Shown here one piece after another: positions 1 through 27,090 of a stretch of DNA of 64,000 nucleotides. Origin of the DNA: the human T2T-CHM13v2.0 reference genome, Homo sapiens; assembly GCF_009914755.1 (NCBI RefSeq), contig NC_060943.1, one strand, 5' to 3'. The translations under genes were made by a program, and so were the position numbers. The stretch's first letter is position 1. Each line of letters starts with the position of its first letter. Under the pieces are notes generated by a model that was given only the letters and a program-made list of their open reading frames with translations, was not told the origin of the DNA and ran no database searches.

Positions 1-1514
1 TACTGGCACAGCTCATCTGGAGCCGAGCCTTAGGCTTCCCTCTAGAAAGGCCCAAGTCCATGAGCACAGAGGGTCTGATGAAGTTTGTGGACTCTAAGTC
101 AGGGTAAAACTGGAGACTGGGGGAAAGTGACTACCAGAAAGTGAGGAAGCCTAAATAAAAAGTATACTTTTGTTTCAGGGGGCCTTTAAAGACTTAAGAT
201 TAAATTATATCTGAGGCACTGATAATATGTTTGAGGTTAAAATATAAATTAAGACTTTAAAAGATGAAAAATGGTCCCTTCTTCCCTAATCAGCTCCTTT
301 CCCCTGCCTGGTATGAGTTGCCCATCACAGGCATGGTCCTGGAGGATGACCAGGACTAATGCATGTGGTATGAGTAGGTTTGGCCCCCTCACTATCTCTA
401 GAGTGAGAATCTGGCTCCTGTTTCCATGGCTCAAAGCCGGTTGCAGAGAATCTGCAGTCACTTCGGAGCTTTAGCTTCTTCTCTGCCAAGCCCTCAATAA
501 GCCAGCAAACCAGGACTCTGCCCCTTCTGTTTCCATAGGAATCATGTTGGATAGTCAGCTGTACCAAGCCCCTTGGCCTTCCCATGCACACAAACACCTC
601 CTAGCAAGACCTGTTGGTTAGCTGGACATGCTTTGGCAATTTTTTTATACTGCCAAGTGACCATAAAGGCATGGCATTTGTTGTGACTGGCACCCAATGT
701 TTGATTTTTTTTTTAAACTATCCAATTAAAATTAAGGTCTGGGAGTGTTCTGTTTCCCATTACTTTAATACTCACCCCCCTCCCAGACTTTCTACACCTG
801 TTTCACCTCAGGCTGAGGATGTTCTGGACCTCCCCCTCTTAGTCCCTACTAGAGACCTCTCAACAGATCTGTGGGCCCAGTCATTGGGTTTTATCAGTGC
901 TTAATGTGAACTAAGTTTTTTACTTCCAACAGAATACAAGCCACTACCTTCTGACCTCCCCACCCCCCACCAACCCCCAGCTTTTAATATGCTGTGGGGC
1001 ATAGAACAGGGACTCCGGAATGACCAGCATGATATTTTCAGAGTCTTGTCCCTGGGGTATTAGCACCTCTTTTTGAACAGAGAATTGATTCAAGATTGGA
1101 CATGGTCTCCTCTGATTATCAGGTACTGGGGCTGAGGGCATTAAAAATAGTAAGCCTCCTTCCTCGTCCCCTGCCTCAAGAAATTGCCTCCTTATTTATC
1201 AACATCTTTTTCCTCCCTTTCCCTGAGAGCTCACAGTACAATGTTTGTTTCAGAAGCCCCATTTGCACAGGTTTTCAGCAACTCAGAATGCTCTACTTCT
1301 TTTTCTTTGAGAAAGGATTGAGATACGCTCCTGCTGTGCCCCCATCTTTCCTCCAAACTCCTGCCTGTGTTTGTGTGGATACCCAGTCCCAGAACCACAC
1401 TGTTGAGTTGGACACACTGTAAACCCCTGGCTAACTGTCAAGTCATGATGCAGACTTCAGGTTGTTCTGTATAAAATGCAAAATAAATGTTTTAATTAAC
1501 AATGAAAAAAAAAA
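1..1514 (+). pseudogene. 3' end (3'UTR-like sequence plus poly(A)) of a processed retrocopy whose body lies left of the window; parent not identifiable from the sequence alone
   Basis: 1.5 kb of repeat-free UTR-like sequence ending in AATAAA (1482-1487) and a genomic A10 run (1505-1514), directly followed by MaLR LTR sequence. I recall an R3HDM2 retrocopy in this interval but cannot verify it here. Confidence 0.6.
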
Positions 1515-3452
<1,938 letters not shown>

Positions 3453-3454
3453 AC

Positions 3455-3520
3455 AGTTGTTTCTCTGAAATTTGAAGTTAACGGGGTGCCTGGATGTGTA
3501 TTTGCTAAACCTGATCCCCC
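3455..3520. mobile_element. MER53-like MITE arm fragment
   Basis: gttgtttctctgaaatttgaagttaacggggtgcctggatgtgtatttgctaaacctg resembles the remembered MER53 right arm. Confidence 0.5.
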
Positions 3521-3692
3521 TGTGATGAAGCCTCCCACATCACAAAAAAAATCTTAGAAATTTAAAACTTAGCCAGGTATGGTGGTGCACACCTATAGTC
3601 CCAAACTCAGGAGGCTGAGGCAGGAGAATCCCTTGAGCACAGAAGGTCAAGGCTGCAGTGAGCCATGATCGCACCACTGCATTCCAGCCTGA

Positions 3693-4212
<520 letters not shown>

Positions 4213-4595
4213 TAAAGAGATGGGATCTTGCCATGTTGCCCAGGCTGGTCTCAAACTCCTGGGCTCAAGCGATCCTCCTGCCTCGGCTTCCCAAAGTGTT
4301 GAGATTACAAGTGCGAGCCAATGCGCCTGGCCTTATCGTTGCTTTTGAGGTGAGAAGATGGAGGTCCAGCATCCAGGGCCAGATTTGAGCCCACTGGGTC
4401 CTTTGTCTCTAGCCTTAGTAGCACTGGCCATGAAATGGGACTTTAGCCAACTGCAGGTGACCAAGAGCCAACCTTGCATCTCAGGCTGCTGGGCCCCTCT
4501 GAGCTCAGCCCCGGGGGCTTGTTGCAGGAAGGCCCCTCACTTTTATTTATCCCCCCACCCCCACTGTATATGTAACTGTCTGAAACTCACTGTTA

Positions 4596-4790
<195 letters not shown>

Positions 4791-5469
4791 TCAGGAGGCT
4801 CAGGCAGGAGAATCGCTTGAACCCGGGAGGCAGGGGTTGCAGTGAGCCGCGATCACACGACTGCACTCCAGCCTGGGTGACAGAGTGAGACCCCGTCTCA
4901 AAAAAAACAAAACTCATTCAACTGTACTTTATTGGATATAAGTTACACCTTAATACACTTGACTCAAAATTTATGTATTTAATATTTTATTTTGAGAATG
5001 TGAGAAAAAAAAAAGTAACGTAAGAATAAAATCCAGGCCAGGAGTGGTGGTTCACACCTGTAATCCCAGCACTTTGGGAGGTGGAAGGATCACTTGAGCC
5101 CAGGAGTTTGAGACCAGCCTGGGCAATGTAGGGAGACCCCCCATCTCTACAAAAAAAAATTTTTTTTAATTAACCAGGTGTGGCGGTGGACACTCAGAAT
5201 GTTACAGAATGGTTCTTGTGACTAGGCCTTTAGTCACAGCTACCTGAGAGGCTGAGATGGAAGGATCACTTGAGCCCAGAAAGCTGAGCCTGCAGTGAGC
5301 CGTGATGGTGCCACTGCCCTCCAGCCTGGGCAACGGAGTGAGACCGTCTCAAGAAAAAAAAAAAAAAGAAGGCCAGGCGTGGTGGCTCACGCCTGTAATC
5401 CCAGCACTTTGGGAGGCCGAGGCAGGTGGATCACCTAAGGTCAGGAGTTTGAGACCAGCTTGGCCATCA

Positions 5470-5823
<354 letters not shown>

Positions 5824-6112
5824 TCAAAATAAAACACATCTGTGTTTTAAGTTACAAGTATTAACTTGCTATATTCAAAGAATTCATGAAACATATGTGA
5901 GCATACCATTAAAGAAACACAGAAAAAAAGGAGAAAGCAGTCAATTTATTTATTTATTATGGAGACAGGGTCTCAGTCTGTCACCCAGGCTGGAGGGCAG
6001 CGGTGCAATCATGACTCACTGCAGCCTCGACTTCCTGTCCTCAAGCGATCCTCCCGCCTTAGCCTCCCAAAGTGCTGGGATTACAGGAATGAGCCACCAC
6101 ACCCAGCCTTAA

Positions 6113-6548
<436 letters not shown>

Positions 6549-7352
6549 TGAGCCACCACGCCTGGCCTGCCCAGGCTGGTCTTGAACTCATGGGCTCATG
6601 CAATCCTCCTGCCTCAGCCTCCCAAAGAGCTGGGATTACAGGTGTGAGCCATGGTGCCCATCAGTCTGAGACATACAGATGCGTGCCTCAGTTTCCTCAC
6701 CTGTACAATGAGGTTCATCACCCCCTTGCACATGGGGTCATTGTGAGGACAGGGTGGGTTGGGCCTGGTGCAGTGGGCATTGTCAGAGCGGGAGAAATAA
6801 GTCCCAGGTTGGATTTAGTGTCTTTTGTCTTCTCAGCTGTGTTCATTTGTTTTACACTGGTGTGAGCCAACCTAAAGTCTCACTCTGACATCTTGTCATC
6901 ATCCAAATGGCCAACTGCTAATCATCAAGCACTTCCCTGCCAGCGCAGCGAGGCAGCAGCAGTGATGTCCCAGGATCAGCCAGTTCCTGGTCACATCTCA
7001 TTGCACACCTGCCCCTTTGAAATGTCCAGTCCTGGGGCTGCTTAGATTCTAGAACAATCTTGGGAGCGAGGAGCCCAGGCCAGGGTGGCATCCTGTGGTC
7101 TTGATCCCAATACCATGCTGTTCCAGGGTCACTTGGAAGCTGGACTCAGTATCCCAGTCGGGGAGCTGGTGGCTCAGGCAAAGGGACGCAGAGGAGCCCT
7201 GTTGCAGACTCAGCAATGTGGCCCTAAGGGAGCTGGGTGCAGCGCAGTGGCCCACGCCTGTCATCTCAGCACTTTAGGAGGCCAAGTGGGAGGATCACTT
7301 GAGCCCAGGAGTTCGAGACTAGCCTGGGCAACATGGCGAAACCTCGTTGCTA

Positions 7353-7699
<347 letters not shown>

Positions 7700-7710
7700 C
7701 TAGCTACTCA

Positions 7711-7849
<139 letters not shown>

Positions 7850-8112
7850 CAGAAATAGCAGCTGTGAGAAAATATAGTAGAATCAGGAACGTAGTGGAGA
7901 AGAAATCATCTGGTGCCATGGAAGTTCAGGACAGACCCCTGCATCAAGAAAGAGGAGACTGTGCCACTGCACTCCAGCCTGGGCGACAGAGTGAGACTCC
8001 ATCTAAGTAAAAAAAAAAGGTTGGGCACGGTGGCTCACGCCTGTAATCCCAGCACTCTGGGAGGCTGAGGTGGATGGATCATGAGGTCAGGAGATCGAGA
8101 CCATCCTGGCTA

Positions 8113-8382
<270 letters not shown>

Positions 8383-8399
8383 TTAAGAGAGATTAATGA

Positions 8400-9256
8400 T
8401 GCAAGATGGATGTCCAGGACACACCTGCTGGGAGCCACAGTGGCTTAACTCCACTGTCTGTGGGGACTTGGAGGTCATGGCAAGCACAGCAGTGAAATTC
8501 CTGCACCAGGAGGGGGCCCGGGCCATGGATGAGGAGTTGTTTCATGAGTACCAGCATGGCCCAACTTACAGAACTGGCTGGACTCAGCTGTTCCACTGTC
8601 ATTGCCAAGGCATATCCTCCCATATCCATGTCCCGATCATCCATGGCCCAGGGAATAATGGAGAAGGTAGCCTGCTCTGTGCTTGACACCTCAAACATTT
8701 TGGTCACCAGCCAATCATCTTTGACCCCAAAAGACCCAACAAGCCACTCTACACTATGCTTGGTGACCCACTGTCAGGAAAGGGGCATTCTTTTGCTTGG
8801 TGAAGTGCCCCCAGAGCCCACGCTGATCAATGAGCTGTATGGGCTGGGGGTGGATGCCATCTTTGGCTTCAGCTTCAAGGGCAATGTTTGAAAGCCATTC
8901 TGTAACATTCTGAGTGTCCTGAATAGACTCACTGTGCCACTGCCAATGCTGACATTCCCTTGGGATGGGACATGGAGAAGGAAAACTCCGGAGGGATCCA
9001 GCCAGACCTGCTTCTCCCCCTGATAGCACCCAAAAAGTCTGAAACCTAGTTTACAGATTGCTACCACTACTTGAGGGGTTGTTGACTACCACCTGCTTGG
9101 GAAAAGAAGTACCAGCTAAAACCTGCCATTGTACCCTAACCCTGAGTATGTCTCATCATCTGCAGTGAAGGAAGGTGGATGGACATTCTTCCCAATAAAG
9201 ACTTAGTGCCTCTGTCTCCCAGAAGGCACACACACATACACACACACACACACACA
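8400..9256 (+). pseudogene. Processed pseudogene of NAXE (APOA1BP, NAD(P)HX epimerase)
   Basis: Intronless translation across frames: EVMASTAVKFL..DEELFHEYQ / ELAGLSCSTVIAKAYPPISMSRS / GPGNNG / LVTHCQ..INELYGLGVDAIFGFSFKG / EKKYQL..LQ* (TGA about 9166-9168). Frameshifts and stops (e.g. TGA 8889-8891); AATAAA 9194-9199; degenerate TSD 8386-8399 / 9263-9276. Confidence 0.93.
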
Positions 9257-9262
9257 ATGCGG

Positions 9263-9899
9263 AGAGAGACTACTGAGGCTAAAGAGATGGTAGGCATACC
9301 ATGTTCATGGACAGGAAGGCTGAGGTTCATAAAGATGCTGATTAACTCATTTAACAGTCCCAACCCACCAGAAGGAACCAATCTTGCAGAGACCTTGATT
9401 TCAGACTTCTAGCTTCCAAAGCTGTGACAGAATAAACATATTAAATTAATTTCCCCCTCTGTAGTTTCAACACAGTCCCAATGAAAGTCATGTCAGAGCT
9501 TTCCCTGGAACTCAATATGATAACCGAAACATTTAACTGGAGCAGCAGAGGGTTGCAAATAGTTGGGACATTACTGCAGAAGAACAGGGCAGTCCTACCT
9601 GACATACCAGATATTGGAACCATGACAAAGCCTGTAATTAAGTCAGCAAAATACTGGCACAGAAAGAAGCACATTGACCAATGGATTAGAATTAAATGCC
9701 CACAGACAGCCCTATGCAGGTCAGGAATTTTGCTTCAAGAAGGAGAGAGTCTGTCCCAGCAGTGGGGAGGGGAGGCTATCCCATAAAAGGATCTGGGAAA
9801 TGGGAGACCATGTTGAAAACAATATTGGTTCTCTACTTCACACAATATGCAAAACAAAACTCCACATGGGTTAAGGAGTTACACACAAAAATATAACAA

Positions 9900-9900
<1 letters not shown>
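9263..9900 (+). mobile_element. Ancient L1M ORF2 fragment (host of the NAXE retrocopy), with a short MaLR-like piece around 9360-9440
   Basis: Translation IKSAKYWHRKKHIDQWIRI resembles L1 ORF2 TAWYWYQNRDIDQWNR; ataccatgttcatgg motif. Confidence 0.7.
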
Positions 9901-13045
<3,145 letters not shown>

Positions 13046-13149
13046 AAGTGGAGATGAGGGTTCAGTGCACCCCCATCTCCTGGCCCTGCTGCCCATGAGC
13101 CAGACCCTGAGCTGACAGATTGGTGCCCATTTCCTCTTATGGATTGATA

Positions 13150-13500
13150 CGGGGCTCTTACCTCTGGGTTTGCTCAGCCCAGCAGCAGGCAGTCAGAGCC
13201 AGAAGTTGTTTGCAAACCGAAACCGGTCTGCGGCTTGGGCCACCTACTTGTGAAACCAGCTGTCGCTGTTTTTCCTCCCTGTGAGAAAGTCCCCCAGTAA
13301 AGCTGCGCGGGGGAGGAGAAGGAGGGTGGAGGAGGGCCGAGTAGCTTCCTGGGAGACCTCGGGGTGTGGAGGCGCTGCTCTGGACTTTGGTTTGCCCATC
13401 TGCAACTGGGCACCATGGGGAAAGGGGATTTCAGGCTCCTGGCTGGGGAGTTTGGATTTGGGGATGCTGGACAAGTGACTTCACCTCTCTGAGCCTCAGT
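13150..13500. promoter_or_regulatory. Candidate immune enhancer (IRF-like and NF-kB-like motifs)
   Basis: Unique, CpG-containing stretch with AAACCGAAACC (13214-13224) and GAAAGTCCCC (13285-13294, GGGGACTTTC on minus). Motif evidence only. Confidence 0.35.
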
Positions 13501-13994
13501 TTCCTTATCTGTGAACTAGTGAGAAACACATGGCCACCAGAGCTGCTGCAAAGGGGCATGTCCCTCTCTTCATTCAGGCCTTGGACCCAAATGTCGCCTA
13601 TTCCAGGAAGCCCTCCAGGACTGCCTGATCAGGAAACACCCTCCCTCTGCTGCATCTGGTCATGTATTCTACTTTATTCATCACACTTTTCAACACCTGA
13701 TTCCACATTACAGATGCATCGCTTCAGGTGCATAATGTCCTCTGGGTCCCACCTTTGTCCCCAGACCATGAGTCCTACAAGGGCAAGATTGCTCTCAGTT
13801 GTCCCCGGCTGTGTCCCCAGACCACAGCCCAGGGCCTAAAGCACAGCAGGCATCTGGGGAAACATTTCTTTTTATCAGCATATGATTATTATCTGTGAGC
13901 ACACTCATTAAGCCCCGGCTGTGTACAGGAGCCAGCGACACCACCATGAATGAGATACAAATTCTTTTTTTTTTTCTTTCTTTTTTTTTTTTAG

Positions 13995-14150
<156 letters not shown>

Positions 14151-14959
14151 TAATTTCTGTATTTTTCAGCAGAGATGAGATTTCACCATGTTGGCCAGGC
14201 TGGTCTTGAACTCCTGACCTCAAGTGATTCGCTCACCTCAGCCTCCCAAAGTGCTGGGATTACAGGCATGAGTCACCGCGCCTGGCAGAGATACAAATTC
14301 CTGATGGCAGAGGAGGGAGAGAGAGTGTGGGTGACGATGACAATTGAACTGAGACCCAAAGGAGGTAGGGGAGACATATGGGCGTCTCTGGGAAGATGGT
14401 CCCCGGGAAAGCACAGCCTTTAGACAGGCCCCGAGGCAGGAGCCTGTCTGACTCACCGGAGGAGCTTGGAGGAGGCTGAGGTGGCCTAAGTCGATTAAGC
14501 AGGGTGGGGAGGGAAGAGGCGATGGTGCCGTGAGACCAAGCAGGGCCTTGAGGTCTGGGGGGAGAACTTTGGCTTTTACTCTGAGGAAGGTGGGAGCCAC
14601 AGAGGCTTCTAGACAGAAGAAGGACAAGCCGGACTCAGGATACCAGGGTGGGGGTATCTGTGGGGGATAAAGGGAGAAGCGAGGAGACCACAGAGGGGTG
14701 CCACTGCTGGTCCTAAGGAGCAATGATAGTCTGGACCAGGGAGAAGGGACCTTCATGAGAAGGGATCAGATGTGGGAGCAATTTTGATGGTGGATGGGTG
14801 GAGGAAGAAGATTCAGGGGCGCCAGTGTGAGCCCATCTCACAAGGGAGGAAACTGAGACTGTGGGGACAGAGGGATCTCAGTAAAGGAGAAACTGGAAGA
14901 AACCAGTGGAACGTTCAGAGGTGACCAGGGTCCAGGAGGGAGCCCCCGCACCTCCCTGA

Positions 14960-15503
<544 letters not shown>

Positions 15504-15958
15504 TAGGCGAAGTGGTTTTCCAGGCAGAGGCAGGATTAGAACCCTGAGCCTTGGCTCTAGACCCCTGCTCTTGAGATGGCACTCTGCTGGGGGTCATCAA
15601 ACATTCCACCCCGAGATGCATTATTCCTTTCCCAGCTTCTGAGAACTTGGGCTTGGGTGGGAGCCCCCTGCAACGTGCTAAAAATCCAGGTTTAGGCATT
15701 TTTTTAATGTAAAAAAATATTTACTTATCATCCAGGCACGGTGGCTTACGCCTGTAATCCCAGCACTTTGGGAGGCCGAGGTGGGCAGATCATTTGAGGT
15801 CAGGAGTTCAAGACCAGTCTGGACAACATGGCGAAACCTCGTCTCTACTAAAAATACAAAAATTAGCCAGGTGTGGTGGCGCACGCCTGTAATCTCAGTT
15901 ACTACAGAGGCTGAGGCAGGAGAAATCGCTTGAACCCAGGAGGAAGAGGTTACTGTGA

Positions 15959-16162
<204 letters not shown>

Positions 16163-16736
16163 TAGCTGGGACTACAGGCACCTGCCACCATGCCCAGCTA
16201 CAATTTTTCAATTTTTTGGAGAGACAGGATCTTACTACATTGCCCAGGCTAGTCTCGAACTCCTGGGCTCAAACAATCCTACAGCCTCGGCCTCCCAAAC
16301 TGCTGGGATTACAGCCTTGAGCCACCAACCTTGGCCAGATTTAGATTTGTATGGCCTTACGTTTCTGAGTTTGTAAGATTATATACGATTCATTTGTTCA
16401 TTCATGTTCATTCATTCCTGGCCACATCCAGGTGCCTGCCTTATTTGGGGTAATGCTCGAGGCCCCAGCTTGGGAAGGTCCAGGCTGGATAGAGATATTC
16501 TTGTTCCCATAGGGTCAAGGCTAGGCTGGAGGGAGGTACCCAGGGCTGGGGGTCCCCAGCGATCCAGGAAGTGGGGGGCTTGCTGAAGAAGGGAACCTCA
16601 TGCCAAAGGCCTGGGTCCCTTCCTCCTCATGCCCACCACCCCCATGACGAAAGCCAGAGAGGATGAGGGCAATGTGGGGCTTCCATACCCCAAATATGAT
16701 CCTGGTGCCTGGTATGGAACCCCAGAGCCTGCCACC

Positions 16737-17706
<970 letters not shown>

Positions 17707-17894
17707 TCACCGTCCAGTATGTGAGGGTGGAACCTTCTGGGCTGACCATTTATGGGACAGGCCCCTAGAATGGGAGGCCCAGGACAGCCGGAGAGCCACA
17801 GAGCCCAGCAGCTGGACCAGGGTGACCATGATGCCACTGGGGCTGGGACACCTGCACGAGACTCTTCAGGAATAAGCCCCTATTTCCCCACCTA

Positions 17895-18050
<156 letters not shown>

Positions 18051-18199
18051 TCATGGTGGGGGGCCTGTAATCCCAGCTACTCAGGAAGCTGAGGGAGGAG
18101 AATCACTTGAACTGGGAAACAGAGGTTGCAGTGAGCAGAGATTGTGCCCCTGCCCTCCAGCCTGGGCCACAGAGCGAGACTCTGTCTCCAAAAGTAAAA

Positions 18200-18685
18200 A
18201 AAGAGACAAATAAACAGAGAAACAAGGAGAGACAGAGGCAGTGAGAGACAGAGACACAGAGAGATACACAGGGAGACACAGAGACAGGTGAAACAGAGAC
18301 AGAGAGAGATGAGACAGAAACACACAGAGAGACAGACACAGAGAAACAGGGAAAGAGAGAAAGGGAGACACAGGGAGACAGAGACAGAGAGACAGAAGTG
18401 AGACAGAGAGATGAGACAAAGAGACAGAGAGAGAGACAGGGAGAGAGATGAGAAATGAGATAAAGAGAAAGATGACACAAATATTTTGGGAGGCTGAGGG
18501 GGGAGGATTGCTGGAGGCCAGGAATTAGAGACCAGCCTGGGCAACATAATGAGACCCTTATCTCTACAAAAAGAAAAAGAAAAAAAAAGATGGCAAAGAA
18601 AGAGACAAGGAGAGAGACAGAGAGACAAAACACAAAGATAGAGAGAGAGGGGCACAGGGAGAAAGAGACAAAGAGGGGCAAGACA
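18200..18685 (+). repeat. GA-rich (GAGACA-like) low-complexity tract interrupted by an Alu fragment
   Basis: gagacagagacacagagagatacacagggagac... Confidence 0.85.
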
Positions 18686-18748
18686 AGCCAGGTGCGATGG
18701 CTCACTCCTGTAATCCAAGCACTTTGGGAGGCCGAGGAGGGCGGATTA

Positions 18749-19123
<375 letters not shown>

Positions 19124-19126
19124 TCA

Positions 19127-19570
<444 letters not shown>

Positions 19571-19929
19571 TCACTCCTGTTTAGTTGGTTAAGAAGAAAA
19601 AAAAAAGAGGTTAGGGGTACAAGACCAGCCACTGGGAGAAGAGGGCCCTCCTACCCGGCCAGAGGAGCCCCCTGCCTGGAGCTCCTGATCCCAGCACATA
19701 AGGTTTAATATTATTAAAGGTGATGATATCTTGGAGGGTTGGGCACCTCGTTCACCTAGCTCCTTCTCACCTCTCATAGGCCTCCCCGGGGGGTTAACTA
19801 CCCCATTGCACCGATGGGGAAACTGAGGCTCGGAGAAGCCCTGGCTGCACAGGCAGTTGGAAGCAGAGCCAGGACTCGGCTGGATCCTTGAGACGTTTGT
19901 CGACTGACTGTGTGACCCTTGGCCCCTCC

Positions 19930-20470
19930 AGTCTCCAACCCGGAGGAGAAACCCGCCCCTCTTCCCGTCCCCCACCCCCAGCCCGCCCGGCGGGTGTTTT
20001 TTTTTTTCCTCCTCCTGGGTATTTTGGTTTCGGCAGGAACCGCCCCGGGGAGCAGGCGGTTCCCGCTGGCAGGGTCAGCCCAGGGCGGGGACGGGAGCCA
20101 GGAGCAGCTCCAGGCCAGGGAAGGTGGGGAGGACTCGGGGAGGAAGCCTGGCCGTGGCCCCGACCACTGGGACCAGGCAGGTCGCGTCCCCATCCCAATC
20201 TTCCGGTGCCTCAGTTTCCCCACCTGGAAAGCGGGGCTCTGCGTGATCGCGGCACAGCCCGTGGAGGCGCGTCGCGCATGGGGCCGGGCGGGGTTTCCAC
20301 GTCTCCGCCAAGGTTCTGTCCACTCAGTTATTAAACATTGATGGATCGGGGACAGAGCCAGAGGCCAGTGCCCCAAACCGGGGCGGGAGGTGGGGAGGGG
20401 AGGAGGGGGGAGGGACAGGCCAGAGGTGGGGGCTGGGGGCGGGGAGGATGGGGAGAGGTGCCCGCAAGAG
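19930..20470. promoter_or_regulatory. Orphan CpG/GC-rich element with adjacent G-run cluster
   Basis: High CpG density outside Alus (cccgcccggcggg, ggcgcgtcgcgc), GC boxes, multiple G3+ runs at 20380-20460. Confidence 0.5.
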
Positions 20471-20681
20471 GGGTTTATCAAGATCAGGAGGATTCTCAGG
20501 TAGCACACCCAAAGCACAAGCCAGCAAAGGAAAATAGATCAACCCAACTCCACACAATGCAAGACTTTTCTTCTGCAAGGCCACTATTAAGAGAGGCCTG
20601 GCACAGTGGCTCACACCTGTAATCCCAGCACTTTGGGAGGTTGAGGCAGGAAGATCGCTTGAGTCCAGGAGTTCAGGATCA

Positions 20682-20957
<276 letters not shown>

Positions 20958-20981
20958 TCAAAAAGATAAATAATCCAGTCA

Positions 20982-22649
<1,668 letters not shown>

Positions 22650-23752
22650 CTACTCCAGAGGCTGAGGCAGAAGAATTGCTTGAACCCAGGAGGTGGGGTT
22701 GCAGTGAGCCGAGATCACGCCACTGCACTCCAGCCTCCTGGGCGACAGAGTGAGATTCCATCTAAAAAAAAAAAAAAAAAAGAGGAATAAGGCTGGGGCT
22801 CAGTGGCTCGTGCCTATAATCTCAACAGTTTGGGAGGCTGAGACAGGAGGATTGCTTGAGCCCAGGAGTTCAAGATTGGTCTGGACAACATGGCAAGACT
22901 CTGTTTCTACTTTAAATTTTTTTTTTTAAATGAAAGAAATGAGTTAAAAAAGAGAGAGAGAGAAATGGGCAGAGGGCAGAGTTGGAAGAAGGGCCTTCCT
23001 GGGCAGAGGGCCTGGCATCTGGGGCACAGATAATAAAGTATCAGGGGCCAGGCCAGGGGCTACCCTGAGTCCAGGGGTCATCTCCTGCAGCTCATGGTTC
23101 CCAGAAACCTGACACCTCAGTCCCATCCCGGCTGAAGGGCAGAGGCAGAGACAACATCTGTTTCTGACCAAACCCAGAGGCTACTGGAGAGATAGAGAAG
23201 GAAGGTACCTGGGAAGGTAAACTGAGGCAGCCTATCTCTCTGATGGAGACACGCTTCCCACCCAGTAGGTGGGAGCCATGGAGAAGGGAAAAGATGGATC
23301 AGGAAAGACAGAGACAGAGGAGGGGAGGTGGGAAGAGGGGCAGGGGCTCTGGAGAGGCTGCCTGACCACATCCATTTTATGGACCAGAAAACTGAGGCCC
23401 ACAAGATGAATCACTTACTCCCAGCTGAACTGCAGCCAGAATAAACTCTGAACCTCTCACCCGTCAGGACCTGACTCTCCAGCTCCAGGACCCCACAACC
23501 CAAGAATAAAACCCTAGCCCGCCGGGCGTGGTGGCTCACGCCTGTAATCCCAGCACTTTGGGAGGCCGAGGCAGGCAGATCACGAGGTCAGGAGATCGAG
23601 ACCATCCTGGCCAACATGGTGAAACACCGTCTCTACTAAAAACAGAAAAAGATTAGCCGGGCATGGTGGCGGGCGCCTGTAGTCCTAGCTACTCGGGAGG
23701 CTGAGGCAGGAGAATGGCGTGAACCCGGAAGGCAGAGCTTGCGGTGAGCCTA

Positions 23753-23947
<195 letters not shown>

Positions 23948-23992
23948 TCAGATAAACTAAGCTGAGCGTGGTGGCACGTGCCTGTGGTTCTA

Positions 23993-24145
<153 letters not shown>

Positions 24146-24536
24146 TCACGTGGGCTACAACCTCTTCCCCCATCCCCCGTCCATTCTCCACCAGCAACCT
24201 CAGGGCCTTTGCACTCCCTCTTCTGGCCCCTCTTTACCACCTTGGTCCTAGCATTGCCCCCTCCAGGAAGCCCTCTCTCACTGGCTACTCCTCATATCCC
24301 CACTCATCACTCTTACGGTTTCTCATAACTCTCTGAGTGATAATTAGATTAGTGTCTGCCTTCCCCACCCAGCTAAGAGCCCCTTATGACCAGGAAGATC
24401 CTGACTTGTGCAAGATGGGGCCTGGTATACAGTAGGCACTCAATGCTGGCTTTTTTTTTTTTTTTTTGAGACAGGGTCTCACCTTGTCACCCAGGCTGGA
24501 GTGCAGTGGCGCGATCTCAGCTCACTGCAACCTTGA

Positions 24537-24758
<222 letters not shown>

Positions 24759-25057
24759 TGATTTCTTAAATGAATGAATGAAACTGAGCTGTGAAATGGG
24801 GGCTAACACCATCCTGACTCCTGGAGCTGCTGGGAGAAGCTGAGGCAATGGCTGCTCTGAGGAGCCCTGGAGTAATAGTTGCATAGCAGTTGCTCAATAA
24901 ATACCAGGCCAGGGCCAGCTAAGCAAACTTGCTGGGCCCATTGAGAAAAGGACTCCAAACCCCTTCCTATTTTATAGACGGATAAGCAGAGGCCCAGAAA
25001 GAACCTCCTGTTGGTCATTTTCTAGGGACAGAAGAAGGACTCAAAGTGGCTTCATCA

Positions 25058-25228
<171 letters not shown>

Positions 25229-25251
25229 CTAGGAAGTGGAGGTTGCAGTGA

Positions 25252-27000
<1,749 letters not shown>

Positions 27001-27062
27001 GTCTCCCCCGGATTAGGTGCTCCTGGAGGAGACCTAGAGGAAGAGATTAATAAATATATGTG

Positions 27063-27090
27063 GAATGAATGAATGAATGAATGAATGAAT
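27063..27090 (+). repeat. (GAAT)7 microsatellite
   Basis: gaatgaatgaat... seen directly. Confidence 0.95.

Noticed and set aside
19794-20517. Several overlapping 130-240 aa ORFs
   Set aside because: Expected in GC-rich DNA; present in many frames with no homology recognised.
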